Source of the DNA: Syncephalis fuscata S228
Lineage: Eukaryota; Fungi; Zoopagomycota
Reading direction: 5' to 3'
Length of the DNA stretch: 64,000 nucleotides
Assembly: GCA_025786725.1 (NCBI GenBank)
Contig: JAHLTZ010000014.1
Coordinates: forward strand, 1-64,000
Shown: one piece after another, positions 1 to 13,831 of the stretch
Layout: each line of letters opens with the position of its first letter
Position numbering within the stretch: the stretch's first letter is position 1
Notes under the pieces: model-generated
What the model saw: the letters and a program-made list of their open reading frames with translations, nothing else
The model's database searches: none
What the model was told of the DNA's origin: nothing
Translations under genes and position numbers: made by a program

Positions 1-1710
1 TAGCACCTAATTTTGAAACCACCAAATGGTTTTATGCTTATCAAAGACGTCGACAGACTAATCGCAACTTTATGATGGGCCGATTCAAAAAACGGACGTG
101 TCAGTTGCCGACTAGTGAGCACGCTCAAGCGGCGCTGAGAAGCGTCAATCCTTGGTATGCACTAAGGGGAAATAGAGATGCACCAGAATTGTGGTTAATT
201 TGGCATAATATATTTAATAAGAAAAATGGACACAACAAAGAAGAACTGACCTGGAAAAAACTGACTATGCCTTCAGCACCATTGTTATTTTGTAAAAAAG
301 TTTCATTTAGTATTTTTTATGGAACACGTCGATTTGTTGTGGGTAATGTTTTTATATATACATATAGTGATGTCAAGTTAATAGATATTGGCGAACCAGT
401 AAGTAAGTAATGATTATCAATGCTAATGATTATATTAGCCATATATTAACATCAACAATAGCAAATGTAGCTGAAATGGAGGCACAGTACATTAAAGAGA
501 ATAAATCTAAAGTTTCTAATGCTTTAGACGAGCATTCTACGGGTTCATCGGCCACTACGCCTTCAACTAAACGAGAGTTTAAAAAACGACGGGCTCTTTT
601 ATTGTGGCCTGTTGCTGGCAATTCACCACCTAATATCATTTATCTTAACTCCAAACTTAGGGATAGAAAAAGAATAGATATACTTAATTTGTCTACTTCT
701 TATCATGATTGGGTACTTTTAAACACTAGCTATAGGAAAAATTCATATTACAAATATTATTTATTTGATTTAGACGGAAACCAGTGGATAGAAGGTCCAG
801 AATATGATAATTATCTCTCGCCAGCCTGTATTCAGTTTGCTTCTTACAGTCAATGTCAATTTATTATATGGACAATGATATCCAACTCTAAAAAGTCTAC
901 TACTGATTCTACGACCACCGATACTCCAAATCTACACGCTGTTGACAATGGCAATCAAGCAACACGCATCCAATGGGAAGTATTTGATGCGCAAAAGGGT
1001 CAATCTCAATGTCAAAAAATACTATCTGATCAAATCACCATTCCATATTGTCCGGACGGCGTAATTGGAGCTTTAACTTATACAGAGAAGATGTGTTTAA
1101 TCATTATATTTGACAAAGAAAATCATTTAAAACGTTTTGTAGGTGGTAAATTCAGTGCCACATTATCACTATTTGTGTTAGGAAAGTTTTCACTGAATGC
1201 TTCAGCATAATCAATATTTGATGCCAGAGATTACGGTCGAGTATTGCCAATTGATAGTGCTGACCAAGGACGTATACTGTGGAGCAGGCTTATAAATGGC
1301 GATCGTATTACAAACTTATACAGTGAAAAGCTGATCGTTGTTCGGAATGAAGAAACATTTGATGTTTTGAATGCTCACGACGGAAGTCTACTGCGTTCAA
1401 TCGCTTGTCCATATTACTCAACACTTACTCCCTTTCTTGGATCATTATGTGGATTGTCTGATTCAGCACGCAGAAAAAACTGGTTTATTGATATGCGCAC
1501 TGGCCGTATATACGACCCTCCAACACGCCTTATTAGCAGACAAACTGAAGACGCCAAAAATATAAGCCACTAAGACTCAGTGATACAGCACATTTATTAC
1601 TATCCAATGAAGGTAGTGTTTGGGAAGCAGCTGAATATACAGTATCAAATGTTGCTATTGGTAGAGTTGATGAAAATGATAGGCGTGTATACAAAGCTTA
1701 CATGCTCTAA
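1..1710 (+). pseudogene. F-box-like family gene, copy 1 (5' end outside window, disrupted)
   Basis: Near-identical to 19053-21122. Phase-1 intron 403-461 (GTAAGT...AATAG) joins ORFs 72-410 and 410-1210. In-frame TAA at 1208-1210 where copy 3 has CAA; frameshift in the A-run near 1556-1560. Confidence 0.7.
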
Positions 1711-2536
1711 ATAATAATTTTTATTTGAGAATATTTAATGCTTGGCTGTGTAATATATATATATATTATTTATTGTAGAATAATCATGGTGTATTTATAT
1801 AGCTATTGACCACAAGTACTAATATAATATCACTGATCTATTTAATTGCCTCATTACTGTGTCGTTAGTATTAGATTAAAATATATTGGATTATTTCACA
1901 CTATTATCATATATTTATGCCTTTATTAACAATTTACTAGCAACTTAATGTGATTTGGGTATCGAATGGCTAAATTTACAATATTGACGTAATTGAACCA
2001 CACTTTCTTTCTATTAAATATAGAACTAGGTGGTGAGTAATATCAAAGTTTAAAAGATTCATCATCATAGATTCATTATTCAGCTCATATACATTTTCTA
2101 TTCATTTATCATTTCCATACTATTATATACTAGGCAAGTTTTATTCAAAACCATTATTTGTTTCTCATTAGCTTTACTCTGGTAATTTTTTGATTTATTT
2201 CATTCGCTGTGTTATATACTTTATAGTAGCACTAGTATTATTCATACATTGTATTTTTGTTTAAGCATACAAACATACATAAGCATACTATACTTTATCA
2301 TTAATACTCCAATACTTTACTTGTATATTTATTTAAGCATATGTAGTGCATATTTAGCTTCCAGCTACATTTCTAGTATCAATAGAGGAATGGCACTAAA
2401 GAACATCAAATAAAGCACTCAATATCCATATTGGATCAAATTTCTAGTAATGATTCTATTAAAACAGCATAAATAATGAAACCTTGACAACGATTTTCTA
2501 ATCTTATTTCTGCTCTTTTGACTGCTTGCATTTATA

Positions 2537-4502
2537 ATGTTGCCAGTTCGAGCGTGTCTTCGGACAGGTTTACGAATATATACACCTACCAAGATAGGTT
2601 TGAATTACAAGAATGCTTACGTTATACGCAATTCTGGCAAGCTATCGGTGCATTTGCCAGTTTGTTTGTCAGCTCGTTCCAGTAAGTAAATGTCATTATA
2701 CTAAAAGTACAATGTATTGATTGCGTTTGGCGCAGCCACCATACGTTGCATAGGGTCAGGACCAGGACCATTCCAGCGACCGCCACTTACTGAATACAAA
2801 CGATTTAACAATGGTACGCACTGAATAGTCATAGTGTTGTTTCTGGTAGCTGATATACTCCATTGCATCAAGGTCAGCAAAAATCAACCTCACGGTTTGG
2901 ACGACATGCCCCTATGATAATAGCTGGCGGTATCATAGGTATTGGAGGCTATTATGTTACTCATTTAGAGACTGTACCAATGACGGGTAAGCTTAATCAA
3001 GAAGAATTTCTCGTATTTGTAATAGCGATATAACTGAATAGGCCGTCGTCGATTCATGTCTATTACGCCCGAAGGTGAAAAGCAACTAGCCAAAATGTCA
3101 TATAATGGCGTGATGCAAGAAGTAAGCTGGTATACAGATATTAGCATGTAATTGTAATAATGTACTTGTATAGTTTGGAAGACATATTCTACCCTCGTCA
3201 CATCCAGTAAATATTGATTAGTTTATTAATACGTGTAGATGGTGCTTATATAAATTGTGTAGGTTACTATATTTGTACGACGTGTTGCTGAGCGGATTAT
3301 TCAAGGTATAGTGCTAGTACATGTATTAGCAATTGGTAGACTTATTTGTATCATAGCTAGTGGTATGACGGAATTGAACTGGGAAGTGTTTGTAATCGAT
3401 TCACCTATTCCAAATGCTTTTGTTCTACCCGGAGGCAAAGTATTTGTATTTACGGTAAGTCTTGGATAGTATAAATAATAATGATGCTAATTTACATTAG
3501 GGCATTCTACCTATGACACAAGATGAACAAGGCATGGCTGCCGTACTTGGTCATGAAGTAAGTTGAACTGGGAATGTCAATGGCATCTTTGTTAAACACC
3601 ATGCTTAGATCGCTCACCAAGTGGCAAGGCAAGTAAAGCGAGCAATGAATGATAAAATAACTTGTACTAATTGCTTGTATGCCAATGGTTATTAGACATA
3701 CAGCAGAAAAAGTTTCATTTACAAAACTTATCATCATGGTAAGTGAAGCAATCTACGATAGATAAGCAATAGGCTAACCAGCAGAATAATAGTTTCAATT
3801 GTTTTTGAGTCTTTTCATCGACTCTAGTGCCGTATTTAATCAATTTTTCCAGCAAGTTGGTAAGTCAATAGTGCACACAAATGGTCGTATAAAGTATTAA
3901 CAAACTGATTAGGCATCATGTTACCGTTTAGTCGTAAATGTGAACGAGAGGCTGATCAGGTAAGTAGCAATGAGTGACCAAAAAATTGATATTTATTAAA
4001 GTATATTATTACAAATTTAGATTGGGTAATAAAAAGCAATCTATAAAACGATTTACAGCTAACTAATCTTATAGTCTTCAATTAATGGCCCAGGCCTGCT
4101 ACGACCCAACAGCAGGTAAGCATACTATTGACTAGATTGGACAATATGTTAATGATGTTTACTACACAAATTAGCTATTACGATGTGGCATGTAAGTTTG
4201 TTATTTGATTCAACTATTTTGTAATATATATATAATAATCATTAAATTGTATATAGCGTATGAACCAGCAACAGAAGCGACAGCCAGTTCAGTATCTTAG
4301 CACACATCCGAGCCATGAATCTCGCATTGCTTATTTAGAGAAATGGTTGCCAAAAGCACAGGCTACTCTTTCTCGGTCTGACTGTCACGCAGGTAATTAT
4401 AATTTATGGTAGGCTAAGGTATAAAAATCTAATACTTTGTATAATTTAATAGAATTAAGTGATCTGGCCGATAGATTTCATAATGTATGGGCCCGTTGGT
4501 AG
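2537..4502 (+). CDS. OMA1: Mitochondrial metalloendopeptidase Oma1 (peptidase M48), many introns
   Basis: Manual splicing gives an Arg-rich presequence [13 protein letters not shown]..., then [58 protein letters not shown] (HExxH) and [17 protein letters not shown]; stop TAG 4500-4502. Confidence 0.9.
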
Positions 4503-4595
4503 TGTTTATTCTAGATTAAAACGGCCTTAAGGCTATTTAACATTAAAATTTCAATAAAGCTATAATTATTGGATGTACAATACTGATGTTATTTA

Positions 4596-7500
4596 TTAAT
4601 ACTTTTTACTTTTTTGCTTGTGTAACTTTGTCAATTTGGTTGACACTTCTATTTCATCATCATCATCAGTAGTTGACAGATCAGCATCTGCTTTCTTGGC
4701 TGTAGTTTTGCCAACCTTTAATCGCTTTTTTGAACTTTTGTTTAAGTGAGTGTCTGGCATCAATTTGGCCACTGCTTTACGTACACGACTACTTTTTTGA
4801 GTGTTACGTAATCGCTCTTGATCAATTTTAAAGTATTGGCTAAGTTGTGTCTGTGATTCTTTCTATAAATAATGCAATTTTAATTCGCTCTACTATTTTT
4901 AGTATCCCATTCCATTTACCTTGAATTCATTTAGACGGCGAATAATTGGCAGTAAGCGTTCATCAACCTTTTCCTGTTCCCATCCAATTTTCTTCATCAA
5001 ATACCTGCCAATCATTCGTTATTAATCCTATTTAATCAGCCCTAAATCAATCAATATTTACCATCGAATGCCATCAAGATCTGGCAACTCCCATTGAAAC
5101 AATCCTGATGTATCATCCACTGTGGGATGTAGATACGCATCAGCTACACGCGGATCAGGAAAGTCTGCATCTAATATTATTTTATGACATATTTTACGCT
5201 AGTTTGTCCATAGCATGATCAGTACACCTTCTGCTGTTTATTCTTTCATAACTACTTACTAATCGACGTCGTGTAGCATTCTCTGTCTCTACTTCCGATG
5301 AAGAGTGCTTTCCTTCATCTGCATCGGTAATCCATTCTCGGAATGCTGCCAAACCTTGTGGTCCTTGCCATTCACTGATCACTTCCATGGCCGTCACTCG
5401 ACCAATACCGGCCACACCACTAGTGTAATCACTGCCCAGTAGATAGGCTAGTTGGATAAGACGATCCCGTGTCAAAAACAGTTCCCGTTCCATATCTGCG
5501 GCCAAATAGCACTCCACATGCCGATGTGGCTGAAATACATATCTATAAACGGGTGTACCATCAAATAGAAATATATCACTATCATCGGTAATTACACCAT
5601 CGACCAAGCTTAGGTGAACCAGAGTTGCACACTGTGCCTCAGCTTCAGTGGGTGCCACTATATAAGGGATGCCGAATAACTGTAGCAGCTCCTGATCATT
5701 TAATAATAATAACAATTAGTTTACAATATATGCCATATGTAAATGATTTAATGTGCAACTACTTACCATGGTTTCCTGAATCATTGAATTTGATACTTGA
5801 TTCAATTCACGATGTTCTTTACGGCGTTGTTGATATAACTGCGTTACTTCTCTTGCTAAATCTTGTTGTACCGTTTTTGCACCTTGTTCTTGGAGTTGTT
5901 TAACAAATTGTGCGTTGCTTTTCTGTGCTTGAGCTTCTTCATGTGTATCATTTGTTGGCTGTGGTGATATTGCACGAATAAATGGATTACTTTCAGGCAA
6001 ATTTACAATGGATTTATCCGTTAAAACTATAGAGGTAGGATGATCGATTTTTGGCATTGGATTTTTGCTCATTGGCATATTGTCTTGCTGTTCTTCCAAG
6101 TCTGTTATAGACACATCCATAATATCGTCTTCCTTTAAAACTGGCTGTTTATACATTGCTGTTGAACCGGAAACTTCATTAGCCGGTGTTATCAGCTCGG
6201 TTGGTTTATCCAATTGACCAACAAGTGGCCTTGCTGATAGAAATGATGTAGATAAATCCAAGGATGACAAGTCATGAGTTACATTTAATATTGGTTGTTT
6301 ATGGTGCATAACTGTATCGGTACTATTGGTATATACTTGGCTGGTTTGTTGAGACTTGGCCTTGATTAAATCGGCAAGGAATCGTGCGTAGAATTGCCGA
6401 GCATCTTCCGAATCTACTGTCGAATCTATTTCAGATTGATCTTTGACACGTTGCCTTTCTGTTGCCAACTTCTCCTTTAACATCGCTACACTTTTCATTT
6501 CATCGGCATCACTTTGAAGACAACTAAAGTAGTCGGGAAACAGACGCGATACATTCCCATCAACTCGTGCCAGCCAATAGCGTAATACTTGAGCTGGCGA
6601 TTGGCGCTCGTTACTTGATTCATCATTATTTTTTAATAAATCAGTTTCATTCGTAATAATCTAGAAATTACCGTTAGTCATAGTAATACCAATTAAAAAT
6701 ATCTTTATATTACCGGCACTTCTTCAAAACCCTCATCGTCTTCATCGTCACTTGCATTCATATCTGTTTTCACATTGGATCTATTTTGCTCAGACGGCTC
6801 TATAGCCACTGGTCTATCTTGCTTAATCTCTATCTTTTGTTCATCGTCCGATGATACATAGCCCATCTCATCGTCTTGTATATAGTCTTCAAACAGATCA
6901 ATTGGCTCATCGACATCAGTCTCTTCTTTAACCGAATTTGCTAATAATCTATCTACCATCTCATCCTCTACTTCTTTAATCTTATCATCCAACGATGATG
7001 ATGCTATTGCATCGTCAGTATCGTCAGTATTTGGTTCTGTTACTACTGGCGCTGATCCTTGTAACTGCATTGACCAGCCGCTCCGTCCATCTTCGTTCTT
7101 CACTAACACATAGGACCGGTTGCGATTTGATGCAATATTTGCTGATATTGACACAGCACCCATATTCTGTCCCACTAGATCCATATATTTCTGTGTTAAA
7201 TCATTACGACGCATTAACAATTTGATCTGCTGTTGAGAGAAATCAAATGCATTGTAAATAGTCACGAGTTAAGAAATAATCTATAATTATATACATACAA
7301 TACTCTGACAGCTATACATGTATAAAAGGATATGGTTGCATTAGCCGTCATTTTACGTAGACGTTGCCATGATGTTTGTCGACTATGTATTTTGGCATCT
7401 TGTAACAATTCATATCGTATTTCCAATGGAAGTGATTTGAATGCCTCTGAGTCGAAATCCAACGCTTCTGTCTATCAATATAGATCATTATTGCTAATGT

Positions 7501-8387
7501 TATATGTTGAATCGATGTACATACATCAAATCGATCTATAAAATCGCGCATCTCTTCAGCATCATCGATTGCTCCATCTTCATTGGTATTAACAAATCGC
7601 GGATCATTTTGTTTAATCATTGAACTAGATTATTGTTAATTATGCTGTCTAATAATTTATTCTCAAATATATTTATAACATACCCAACCAATAAATCGAT
7701 TGGTGGTAAGTCGTATTCGTCTCGTTTACGTTTACGTGCCGTATCTATTTGTGGCGCACTGTTTTCAGGCTTGTCACTATTACCAGTCATATTAATATGA
7801 ATGGTGACGTTATAGCAATAGCAATACAATAACATCTATCTAGACTTACGATTGAACTGCTTGCAAAGCACGCATTTTCATTTGTGCTGTAAGTAGTTGC
7901 TTCGCCGTGCGTTGAAGATTTTCTTCGGCATCTAGTTGACGTCGTTTACGGTGAGCCTATTTCATAACACAACAAGCATTCAAGTGACAGTTATTATTTG
8001 AGCGTAATAGCTACTTTGTCTATTGCTATCTCGCTTACTATAGTACGCCGTTTGAGCTCTGGAGTAGCACCGTCGAATACAAATACCGGCTTTATGTTAT
8101 GGTGCAGTAGCTTACAAATACGCCTAAAGAAGCCAAGTAAGTGCGCATTCTCCAATGGCTTGCCCTCTTCATCCTGCATTGCTTTTAAAAATTGGTGCAG
8201 CCAAATGCTTGCATGTAATTATTAAGCCACAAGCTGTAGTTAAAGAATATCGTCGTACTATTTTACTATTGTTGTTACTGTTGTTTATCAAAAGGATATC
8301 TATTGCAAGTCGTTTTCCTTGCAATGATTCCATAGTAACCTTGCGGCCAGCAGGTTCCAACAGTTGCCAAAGATCTTTGACTCCCAT
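4596..8387 (-). CDS. RAD2: XPG/Rad2 structure-specific endonuclease (nucleotide excision repair), multi-exon
   Basis: N domain [10 protein letters not shown]...LAIDASIW...[13 protein letters not shown]...KPVFVFDG; I domain [18 protein letters not shown]...[10 protein letters not shown]...[14 protein letters not shown]; long acidic spacer between them. Confidence 0.95.
7254..7333 (-). other. U12-type AT-AC intron in RAD2
   Basis: 5' ATATCCTTTT, branch TTTCTTAAC, 3' TTTAC. Removal joins ...MTANAT|[10 protein letters not shown] in frame. Confidence 0.85.
8215..8299 (-). other. U12-type AT-AC intron in RAD2 (intron 1)
   Basis: 5' ATATCCTTTT, branch TTCTTTAAC, 3' TTAC. Removal restores the XPG motif [12 protein letters not shown]. 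Confidence 0.9.
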
Positions 8388-8868
8388 AATTACCACACTT
8401 GTAGGTGAAGAAAGAAGTAAAAGTTGATAAATTGAATATATACAATAACTATAGGAATGTTGATAAAAGGAAACTATTTGACACTGATATGAGTCACAAT
8501 TGGACTCTCATTCTTTTCAATTGATCTTTTGCTATATTCGCTATTTTACTGAAAATATGCTTTATGATAATAAGTAGCTTGGTGTTAAATAGGCTGCTAT
8601 TTACTTTATCCCCCCCGCAATCGATTGTAATAAGTTGATTAGCTTAAATTGTGCTTAAATGATCATTTACAATAAATATTAATGTTGGATGTAATATTAT
8701 ACATGCTATAGTAATAAATAAGTATTTAATTGTATTTAAAAAATGTTAAAAAATGCGGGAGTCAATGTAGAATAACTCTTAATTTATAAATATTATACTA
8801 TTTTCTAGCACAATTGAACAACAATAAATAATCATTGATATTTACTTGTGTTTTTATATCAAATGCTG

Positions 8869-11800
8869 AAGCTACTGTACTTTGATTTCTACATTTTTAT
8901 TTACTCATTTCATTATCTTTTCTTATCGCTATCTTATTGTTCTATTCAGTGATACATTATATGCTAATGCCAAATATAACAATATAAATAACATGTGTAT
9001 TTGAACATCAATAAAGAACATATTCAATCACTAGTCTTTATTTCTCTTATTTTACATTAGCACCTGTTCAAGTAACCTCAACGGCATGTCGTATATTCTG
9101 GTTACAACTGTCGTCACAAGGTCTTTCTGATGAAAACACTCAACCTATCATTATTGCATATGGTGGAGACCGATTTGCTTCATCGATAGTCGGCAAATAA
9201 TCTGCGCCTACCAAGTTGATGCCAAGAATGCTTAAGAGAATGGTGAACATTAGGAACGCTAGTCGCCCTACCTTCTTGTCATCATAAATAAGTATCTTAC
9301 ATCACAAATATGCCCAAAATGCAACAGTACAAGATTGGAAAATAGAAGAGACCATTTAGATGCAAGAAACCACACTGACGTAGTAACAACAATAACAACT
9401 GCAAAATGACATGGAATCGCGATCGATGGCTTTTATTAATATCCAATCAATATTTCTACGCATGGTCAACAGTAATAATGATCGATATCGTGAATTTCAA
9501 GTAGTAAAATGAAGACACTATACTTGTGTTTTGTTATGCATAACAGCAGCAACAGTGGCCATAGAATGACCATTTTATTACAACCGACTTTAATTGGAAC
9601 TAATTTTGCTTTGAAACGCAAAATGTGAGAGTCAAAGTATAACAAAACCAAATTTATTAATACTGCTGTATTACTATCGACTAATTTGGATCAATAAATT
9701 AATAGCGAGCTTTTTGACTGCAGCAAGCATTAAGCTCAATTATTGGCACTATTACACATGGTAATTTAAATTTACTTATATAATAAGCATAATCTAATAT
9801 CATGTTGTAATCAAGGTACATGAAGCAATATCCAATTCTCGACCTGGTATTAAGTTCGTCTATGGCTAACTTTATTATTATTATATTATTTGTTATTCAC
9901 GCCATCTGAGATATTACATTTCTGTGTTATTGATAGGTTTAAGACTGGTGTACGAATTTCGACCTTCATCGTTGAATTTATTACATCAATCTGTAGGTTT
10001 ACAGATACTTTTATTACTATACTAACTACATTCATGACTCTACATCGATTTAATACGGCCCGTCAGTATGGCAATGAATGATGTATTGCTGCTATAACTT
10101 TAGTGTAATGTTTTTAATTTTATTTAGAACTACTTTTTATCTTGAAATGAATATTTGTGAGTTTAAACCGTGTCAAACATAACTTATACCGTATCTATTG
10201 CCAACCATTAAGGTCAAATTACAGTCTGCCTTAAGCATGCCCGTCAAATAGCGACACTTTTAATTATTATCCATGTATATTGCATTATTTCAACAGCAAT
10301 TTACTAACTCAATTTATACTCACGTTAACACTTTCGACTTTTCAAAATCCATTTATTCTATCCCAAGTTTTAGTATAATACACACTTACTATAGCTCATT
10401 GTTGCTATAATGTATAAATATTGTAATAAATTTATTTTATAAATATCGTATCATTCCACTGTATCGTTTATTCATACATTAATATGTTTATAAGCTTTAT
10501 TTTCCACATTACCATTAAACCTGTCGAAATCCAAGTACACATCGTGGATTTCACTAGTAAATTGGTTTTACATTGATAATTGCACCACGCCTTTGTAATA
10601 TAATATTTAACCAATTAGTTAAGCATAATATCTGCAATTATGTCAGCAGCTCTTTTTATTTTTGCTATTGACTTGCTATTCAAACTACTGCAAAAATACG
10701 TTAAATGCCTATGAAATAATGTTGACGAAAACACTCTAATGATCGCCGGTTATACAATTCAAGTTGCTTATACAGTTTACAACCTTGGGCTGTATATGCT
10801 ACACGATGAAGACAAATCCGAGTTTAGTAACGCATACTTGGTCTTTAATGGCCTGTGGACTTTAATTTGTCAATATTGAATAAGTATACAAATTTACTAG
10901 TCGCATTGTGATCGTTATCAACAGTTGTTGTAAACCCAAATATAGCGACAAAAGTTTTCTTAAACTCAACACTACCTTTTCATGCTATTCTAATAGCGTG
11001 ACGCAATCCGAATACAAATCATGCTTTTAACCGATTGATCGTGTACTGTCTCCTATTATGCTCAGCATAACTACTGGGCTGCTTATAAGCAAATAGCAGT
11101 TTTAAACCAACACACTAGCCATTGTAATCGTATATAAATCGACATTGACATAGCAAAAGCAATGACATTGATATTTGGATATAAAACTAGAATCATGACT
11201 GTTTATTTAATTCTTACTAATTGCTATTTAGCATCCAAGCTATTGCTAGATAAATTTGGTTTTGTTATACTTTGACTCTCACATTTTGCGTTTCAAAGCA
11301 AAATTAGTTCCAATTAAAGTCGGTTGTAATAAAATGGTCATTCTATGGCCACTGTTGCTGCTGTTATGCATAACAAAACACAAGTATAGTGTCTTCATTT
11401 TACTACTTGAAATTCACGATATCGATCATTATTACTGTTGACCATGCGTAGAAATATTGATTGGATATTAATAAAAGCCATCGATCGCGATTCCATGTCA
11501 TTTTGCAGTTGTTATTGTTGTTACTACGTCAGTGTGGTTTCTTGCATCTAAATGGTCTCTTCTATTTTCCAATCTTGTACTGTTGCATTTTGGGCATATT
11601 TGTGATGTAAGATACTTATTTATGATGACAAGAAGGTAGGGCGACTAGCGTTCCTAATGTTCACCATTCTCTTAAGCATTCTTGGCATCAACTTGGTAGG
11701 CGCAGATTATTTGCCGACTATCGATGAAGCAAATCGGTCTCCACCATATGCAATAATGATAGGTTGAGTGTTTTCATCAGAAAGACCTTGTGACGACAGT

Positions 11801-12034
11801 TGTAACCAGAATATACGACATGCCGTTGAGGTTACTTGAACAGGTGTTGGTAAATAAAGAAATAAAGACTAGTGATTGAATATGTTCTTTATTGATGTTC
11901 AAATACACATGTTATTTATATTGTTATATTTGGCATTAGCATATAATGTATCACTGAATAGAACAATAAGATAGCGATAAGAAAAGATAATGAAATGAGT
12001 AAATAAAAATGTAGAAATCAAAGTACAGTAGCTT
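8869..12034. repeat. Long inverted duplication: ~785-bp arms (about 8869-9657 and 11249-12034) around a ~1.6-kb spacer
   Basis: Identical 61-aa ORFs at 9466-9651(-) and 11256-11441(+); arms match as reverse complements out to ...AAGTACAGTAGC. Confidence 0.9.
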
Positions 12035-13090
12035 GCTTATATAAATACTACGTGCTCAATCCAATGTTTTACTTTAATATATAGCTATATAGCTTTTTTT
12101 AATGGTTAATAAATAAATTAATATGTTTTTCTATTATTTCAATAATGTATAATATTAGCTGCTTACTCTGGTAAATAATTAGATTAAGCCTTATACTAGT
12201 TGTTTTAGTTGATGATCGTGTAAATGCAAGTATATAAGAAGCTACAATGTGATTGTAAATATTTATCCGTACAAATAATCAGAATTATAAATTGTAGTGA
12301 CGACGATAAGTTGTTTAATTACCAAAACTCATTGATTTAATTTTATTTAAAACTCTTTGTTTTCTGTGTGTTATCTCTGTTTAACGTTGCTGTTGTTCTA
12401 GCCGCATGAAAAGCAGCCAACTTTTGATAAATGCAGTTTAGCTTAGCATAGCTATAGTGATTTGCTATGGGTTAAACCAGTAAATCTTTGAGCTGCCAAT
12501 TGTTTTTCCATTGATTTCAGTGTTGGTCTATTCTTCTACATTCAATCTTGCTTAACTTGTTAGAATTGGTTTCAGAAATATGGGCAGCAGTTAGCCTTTG
12601 CTGATTACCGGTTGATATACAATCCATTGACATTATGCACTTAAAATTGCTGATATTTGGCTAGAATTTTCATTGTGCCTAACTAGTGTTTGCATATTAT
12701 ATTGCGTGTAATTTAGCCGATGCAATCTAGTTTACAGCTGAAAACCAATGACAAAAATGACTTGTTTCAATACATCATTGCTTAAAATGCCATGATGCAT
12801 CATCCTACAAACAATGTTATTGCATAGTCGATTTCAGGTAATTCGGATTAGCCGCCATTCGAACGATGGCAGTTGTACAACATGTAGTATGATATGCCTG
12901 AATGTGATGAATTTGTGAATTCAGAACAATGATTGCCTCATAAAAATGGGCATAGTGTCGAATGAAATGTATAAATGCGCCAATCAACACTCTTCATAAT
13001 TTAAGAAATTATGGCTGACCTATGTATGGCAGTAAAAATGTGTATAAAAATATTATTCTGATACATAAACTTGTTTTTGCATTAGTACTG

Positions 13091-13560
13091 TGTGCTATCT
13101 TGTATGCATGCAGATATTGAGGACTGAATCGGTAGAAATGGCGGCAAAGACATCATTATCGCTTTTACAAAACCAAGCAATATACTTGTTTTTACCAAAT
13201 AGTTAAATTGTGCAACAAAAAATACAGGCGAACATGTCTATTTTTATCGCATATGTACTGGATTATGAACACTGCTACAGCACTCGTGCAAATGACTAGC
13301 AGATTGAAGTAAAGACCGGGCAGGTTGTGTGCTGTTTAGTATGCATACAGATATTGAGGACTGAATCGGTAAAAATGGTGGCAAAGATATCATTATCGCT
13401 TTTACAAAGCCAAACAATATCATGCTTTCACTAAATAGTTAAACCGTGTAACAAAAAATACAAAATGATGTACATTGTCGCATATGTAATGCTCATTGGA
13501 ATTGCCGTGTTATTTGTGTAAATGCCGAGCAGGTCGAAATCAAGCCTAGGAGCATACCAT
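13091..13560 (+). repeat. Diverged ~240-bp tandem duplication upstream of the micro-exon gene
   Basis: CAGATATTGAGGACTGAATCGGTA...CATTATCGCTTTTACAAA...AAATAGTTAAA occurs at ~13110 and ~13348. Confidence 0.8.
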
Positions 13561-13831
13561 CACGCCATGAATTTATTGGTACATGTGCACCTCAAACCAT
13601 TGTTTGGATTGTTTTATTGGTTCATACTACACATCAATGGTATATATTGTATACTACAGTATACTAATACCTCAACATAGTCATAAGCTTAAATAGCCCA
13701 CAAAATACACACAACCAACTGCGCTATCATCATCACATTCTACTTCTTGCTATACACACTCTACTCCCACTCTATACCAACCACACTCTACTATCTCTTT
13801 TATTTGTTTGTCTCAACAAATCAATATCACC

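Noticed and set aside
1082-1092. ACAGAGAAGAT resembling the U6 snRNA core
   Set aside because: Lies within F-box-like coding sequence (YTEKM) with no flanking U6 similarity.
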